From the NCBI RefSeq assembly GCF_001194135.2, contig NC_068982.1:58498384-58537779 (forward strand): a stretch of DNA of 39,396 nucleotides. The letters run 5' to 3'. Below the pieces are notes generated by a model. It saw nothing but the letters and a program-made list of their open reading frames with translations, made no database searches and was not told where the DNA came from. A program made the translations under genes and the position numbers. Shown here piece by piece: positions 34,441-39,396 of the stretch (the stretch's first letter is position 1; every line of letters starts with the position of its first letter). Source of the DNA: Octopus bimaculoides (lineage: Eukaryota).

Positions 34441-36039
34441 GGAGCTGCAAGTGGCTATACACATACACACATACATCTATGCGCAAAAACAGTGATGTGC
34501 TTAACAAGGAAATTTCATATTCAACTTGTACTGAGTTCATTTTCACCACAGGGCATTTAATTTGGTCCAGGCATCACCAATATCGTGTGGAAGGAATTTA
34601 GCAGAACGAAACTGTGCCGAAGACTCTCTTACACAAGAGCACACACACGTGTGTGTGTGTGTGTGTGTGTGTGAATGTGATGTTTATGTTTATTTTGTTT
34701 TCCTTTATAATATGTAATGAAATAGTTTGACTAGTTGAGATCAATAATAATAGCAATTCAATGATTAACACTACCCAAAACTATACATGTGCACACATGT
34801 ATGTATGTGTGTGCATGTATGCATTTATGTGCAAATATTTCAAAAAAGCAAATTAAAATTTATTTAGACTCTTTTGCATACATCATACATTATATCAACA
34901 TCTACATGAACTACACACACACACACACACACACACACAATTATTGAGGAATCTGAGCCAGCAAAACCATGAAGAAAAAGAAAGAAAATAACCATATCCA
35001 TCTGCTCAACCATCATTTCACTTCACCTTTTCGTATATTGCTTTCTTCTCTCTTTATAATACAAAAAAATATAAAAGTAAAAAATAAAAATAATAAAAAA
35101 GAAAGAAGCCTCCTTAAATACAAAAAAAAACCACTCCTTTCTACAACTAATTTATCCATCATGGCTTAATGTTGCCATCAATTGACATTTAAGACTTGCC
35201 AAAGAATTCTGCTTATTTCATATATACAGGCGCCATTAAATGACGCTGTAGTAATTGGACAGATTATTAACTGAACTGCTTATCTTTCTGGGATACCTTT
35301 TATTTTTTGTCTTTTTGTAGAAGATTTTGGTTTTGTTTTTCTTTTTGTTATACATATTGGTTGTTGGTTCGGAGAATCAGAAATGAAGAGATCTGAAGAG
35401 CAGTGGATTGCTTTAGCTATTACGAGACTAGAAGATTGGATATGATTATGATGGAATGGTTAAAGAGGTAGTAGAGATGAAAATGAAAGCGGGATAGTAA
35501 TATTGGTTACCTTCCTCATGGATTACAGAGAATATGCAAGGGGGAAATTAAATGAATAAATGGGAAGAATAAAGAATATTGGAAGATTAACGAAGAAAGT
35601 TTGTGTATTTACATTTATATGTCTCTTTCATTTTATATGTGTATGCGGATATATATATATACATACATACACACACATGTGCACACTTTGTATGAAAGGA
35701 AGTACACACACACACTAACTTACATCTTAAAGTTTATTTATCAACAGGTAATAACAATATGAAAGAGAAAATACATGCAGAGAATAGATGTGACTATTGA
35801 ATAAGTACAATGATTCAAAGCATACGTCATTGCTAGTTTCACCAATATGGTCACCACTTTAATTGGTAATAATTCAATAGTTTGTAATTGGTGAGCTTCC
35901 ATGTGATTGAAAGACATCTAGCTTCTTAGAATAACGATTCCATTATGCGTAAACACAAGAATAACTTTATTTCTTTTTAGCGTAAGCGGTTTCACCTTTG
36001 TAGCTTAAATTGAAGATATGTCAATGTCATTTTTAGGGG

Positions 36040-36203
36040 TGGAGGCTAATTGTTTACATTGGTTCCAGTGCTCAACTGGTACTTATTTTATTGATCCAAG
36101 AAGACGAAAGGCAAAGTTGACCGTGGCAAAATTTCAACTAAGAATGTAAAGACAGACGAAGTATTTTGCCCAGCATATTAACAATTCTGCCAGCTCGCTA
36201 CCT
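36040..36203 (-). mobile_element. SINE family A
   Basis: Reverse complement of the head (CTGCCAGCTCGC, 36188-36199) and of the body (AACTGGTACTTATTTTATTGA). Confidence 0.75.
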
Positions 36204-36221
36204 TTATTGTCACCAAATTAA

Positions 36222-37845
36222 CCTTTCGTTACCAAACCGCCCAAAGCCGCCCGAAAAAAATTTTGGTTCATGTGACCAAGCCGCCCAAAACCGCCCGTAA
36301 TCACCTATTCATATTTAAATGAGAATATCCGAGCAAATCTCGTTAGTACATTCGTGAAAACACGTGATTATTTGCGTAAACAGTTCAGCTATAGTTTTGT
36401 ACGACGATCGATGTGTTTTTTTAATTTTGTGAATTTTGGGAGATTTTTTTCCAAATTTGTTCCTGTTGTGTTTTCAAAATTTGTAATCCTGACAAAAAAA
36501 AAATGGATATGAATTTTATTCTGTCAAGCAGCGAGTCAGAATTCGAAGGATTTTCCGTTGAAGACCTTGATAAANNNNNNNNNNNNNNNNNNNNNNNNNN
36601 NNNNNNNNNNNNNNNNNNNNNNNNNNNNNNNNNNNNNNNNNNNNNNNNNNNNNNNNNNNNNNNNNNNNNNNNNNNNNNNNNNNNNNNNNNNNNNNNNNNN
36701 NNNNNNNNNNNNNNNNNNNNNNNNNNNNNNNNNNNNNNNNNNNNNNNNNNNNNNNNNNNNNNNNNNNNNNNNNNNNNNNNNNNNNNNNNNNNNNNNNNNN
36801 NNNNNNNNNNNNNNNNNNNNNNNNNNNNNNNNNNNNNNNNNNNNNNNNNNNNNNNNNNNNNNNNNNNNNNNNNNNNNNNNNNNNNNNNNNNNNNNNNNNN
36901 NNNNNNNNNNNNNNNNNNNNNNNNNNNNNNNNNNNNTTACCCAGGAGAGTAAAGCTTTAGACTATTTCTTTTTGCTTTTTCCGATGTGCCTATTTGAATT
37001 GATTACGGCGGAAACAAACCGTTACGCTAAATGTAAACAAAGCGTAAAAAAGGATAGTTTGAGGTTTCCCATAAACTTGAATGAAATTAAAGCATATTTT
37101 GCCATAAATATTATTATGGGCATTAGAAAGTTACCTAGAATAACAAATTACTGGAGTAGTGATGAACCCTTTGGCAACGAATATGTCTCAAGTATAATGA
37201 CGAGGATACGGTTTTTAAAATTGACTCAATATCTACATGTAAGAGACACGAGCAGTACACCAGTACGTAGAAAACCAGACTTTGATCCCTTATTTAAAAT
37301 AAGACCCCTCATTTATTGTGTTCAAAACACATGTAAAATAGTTTATAGATGAGGATGTGGTGGGCTATAAAGGCCGAGTGCGTTTTCGACAGTATATGCC
37401 AGGAAAGCCCACAAAATGGGGGATCAAAGTTTGGAAGATTCTGGAATCAAATACTGGGTACTGCTCTGGATTTGAATTTTATACTGGCAAAAGAGACAGT
37501 AATTAATCTAGTAATGTGCACAACTCTTCTATAATAATATTCTGTTGTATACCCAATTGAATATTAGCTAATAACCCATTTTCTATAGCGATGTTTGAAC
37601 AAAAATTTAAATAATTTTATATTTTGTTGAATTTACCTGTAATTAGAGTCACTTTGTGACAAAACTTTTGGTATAGAAATGGTTGAGAACCTTTCGTTAA
37701 ATTATCTTCCAAACGTCACATTAATATGTTGATAAATAAAAAAGTTAGAGTTGTTTAATGAAACCAGACTAAATTTATGATTATGTTATAAAATTAATTG
37801 AAACACATAAGGGATGTATTTTGGTTAGAAATATGGTAACGGAAA
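36222..37845 (+). mobile_element. Defective, internally deleted piggyBac DNA transposon
   Basis: TTAA at 36218-36221 precedes CCTTTCGTTACCAA. A degenerate reverse-complement end (TGGTAACGGAAA, 37834-37845) is followed by TTAA at 37846-37849. Left subterminal direct repeats ACCAA(A/G)CCGCCCAAA(G/A)CCGCCC lie at 36231-36252 and 36275-36296. A transposase remnant lies inside. Confidence 0.9.
36503..37506 (+). pseudogene. piggyBac (PGBD4-like) transposase pseudogene, frameshifted and 3'-truncated
   Basis: Acidic N-terminus MDMNFILSSSESEFEGFSVEDLDK, then a gap, then ALDYFFLLFP..TNRYA..EIKAYFAINIIMG..YWSSD..FDPLFKIRPL. After a small deletion/frameshift near 37345: IDEDVVGYKGRVRFRQYMPGKPTKWGIKVW..GYCSGFEFYTGK, stop at 37504-37506. 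The first catalytic Asp motif (IDE) is present; the later two Asp regions are missing. Confidence 0.93.
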
Positions 37846-38339
37846 TTAAAAACAGCATATACTTGGTATCATTGTACTTTATCATATATTACTAAAATTC
37901 TCATCTGTTGTTCTTTAGCCCCAGATAAACCTTTATCAGACATATCCATTATTAAAGGCATTCTAGATATGACAATTCCATCATTATTTACTATGTACTT
38001 TGAACATATGGCTTTTCTAAGATAGTAGGGTATCGTTTGAGGGAAGTTTGGCTGCTGTAACGGGCAGGTTGAGTGGAATTCCAATTTTCTGGATAAGTGG
38101 TTCTCTTCAAAAACTTATATTGGTTATCTCATTAATGTGTGTCAATTGGATGGTGACAAATAATCCATGCATTCAATGGTTCATACATTCCTTTCTATTT
38201 TTTTGTTTTTTAACCTTTTTATTATCAGCAAAAGGCTTGAAATTTGCTGGGAGGGGGCTAGGCAATTACATTAACCCTGCTGCTTGATCAGTACTTATTT
38301 CATCTCAGTGGTTCATGTATTTGTCTGACCAAATTGCAT

Positions 38340-38520
38340 CTTCTGTGCTTTATACATCTTTTCACTGGTCTACTTCATGAAGGATGTCAACAGACGGTAT
38401 TCAAATCCTACTGACTAGTTCAATACTATGTCTTCCTTGTCCTCTACTTCCGGCAATTCATATCCATCTTACTGCAGATTTGCATACTGGTGAATCAATA
38501 TCCTCATTACCTCTATATCA
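38340..38520 (-). mobile_element. Possible decayed RTE LINE 3' end
   Basis: Minus-strand IAGSRGQGRHSIELVSRI resembles the IEGKRGRGR motif at RTE C-termini. Interrupted by stops. Confidence 0.35.
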
Positions 38521-39396
38521 AAAGTATGGAAACTTAGTATCAGAGACAAATTGCAAGTGAATCAGTGCAATGCATCTATGCTGAAAAAATAATACATCAC
38601 CAGTTTGACAAATTCATTATCAGGCAACTTAGATTACTGTCTTGATTTTAAGGCTAAAACAACTGTTTAAAAAAATATTAGGCGATCTTTCGATACCAGT
38701 CCGAAATATCGGCCTTTTCCATAAAAAGTGTCTTCGGCGATCTTTACCAAAGATCGACCTTTTCCGTAACTCCTGCACAATCTTCACTAGGGGGTTAGGG
38801 TTAGGGTTGTCTGCATAGACACAGATCGACACTCTCCATCTGTTTATAAGAATGCATGTTTGTGTTAGTGTGTGTGTATATATATATATATATATGTGCA
38901 CACAGATCTTTATATATCGTCTACATACATGTTCATAAGTCAACATATACACACACTAGTAAGCACATAGGTTCAAAACAAGGTGGAAATGTATTTATAT
39001 GTAAGGTACGACCGTGCGAACTCAAAAAGGAGAAATGGTGACGAATGGAAAAACAGAGGACTCCTTTTATTTAAACGTGTCACACGGTCGAACATACAAA
39101 TATATATCAAAGATGATATACATGATATGTTATGCGACGATAACATAGATGACCAGTAATGAAAGACCACAACCGTATTAGATGAATAACAGAGATATTT
39201 ATTGTAGCGTTAAAGATGTATGTCTGTGTGAGAGTGTGAATGCGACATATAAGAACATAATCAAAGACAGGCCGTCATACATAGAAAAGTGTGTATGTGA
39301 GTGATACATGTCTGTGTATGTGATTACAGCAGAGAGAAAGAGAGTCAATAACACGTGAACAATTATACCAGTTCTTGGGTACACAATAATATGAAT

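Noticed and set aside
37869-38287. Short ORFs on both strands next to the piggyBac right end
   Set aside because: No transposase or other recognisable motifs, and they lie outside the TTAA boundary.

Overview
Eukaryotic, AT-rich, gap-ridden draft-genome window, very likely from an octopus. This is inferred from the tRNA-headed SINE families, piggyBac-type TTAA MITEs and extreme microsatellite load, which match octopus repeats as I recall them. No intact protein-coding gene can be supported, and nearly all long ORFs in the supplied track are microsatellite or N-gap artefacts. Recognisable content: about 25 SINE copies of four families; a defective piggyBac with a frameshifted PGBD-type transposase (36222-37845); TTAA MITEs; a long foldback element; decayed RTE and Tx1/L1 LINE fragments; a 26-bp minisatellite; and several isolated splice-site-bounded segments that may be exons of an unidentified gene. 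Most interesting unexplained structures: (1) a degenerate hammerhead-ribozyme-like motif at about 28739-28816; (2) a pre-miRNA-sized hairpin at 11051-11137; (3) a gap-bounded, compositionally atypical 1.3-kb island (15452-16753) with a tandemly duplicated E-box+YY1 cassette and a 14-nt microexon candidate; (4) a nested ~920-nt inverted-repeat structure (21360-22285) that could be an ADAR substrate. All calls were made by eye and none was checked against a database.
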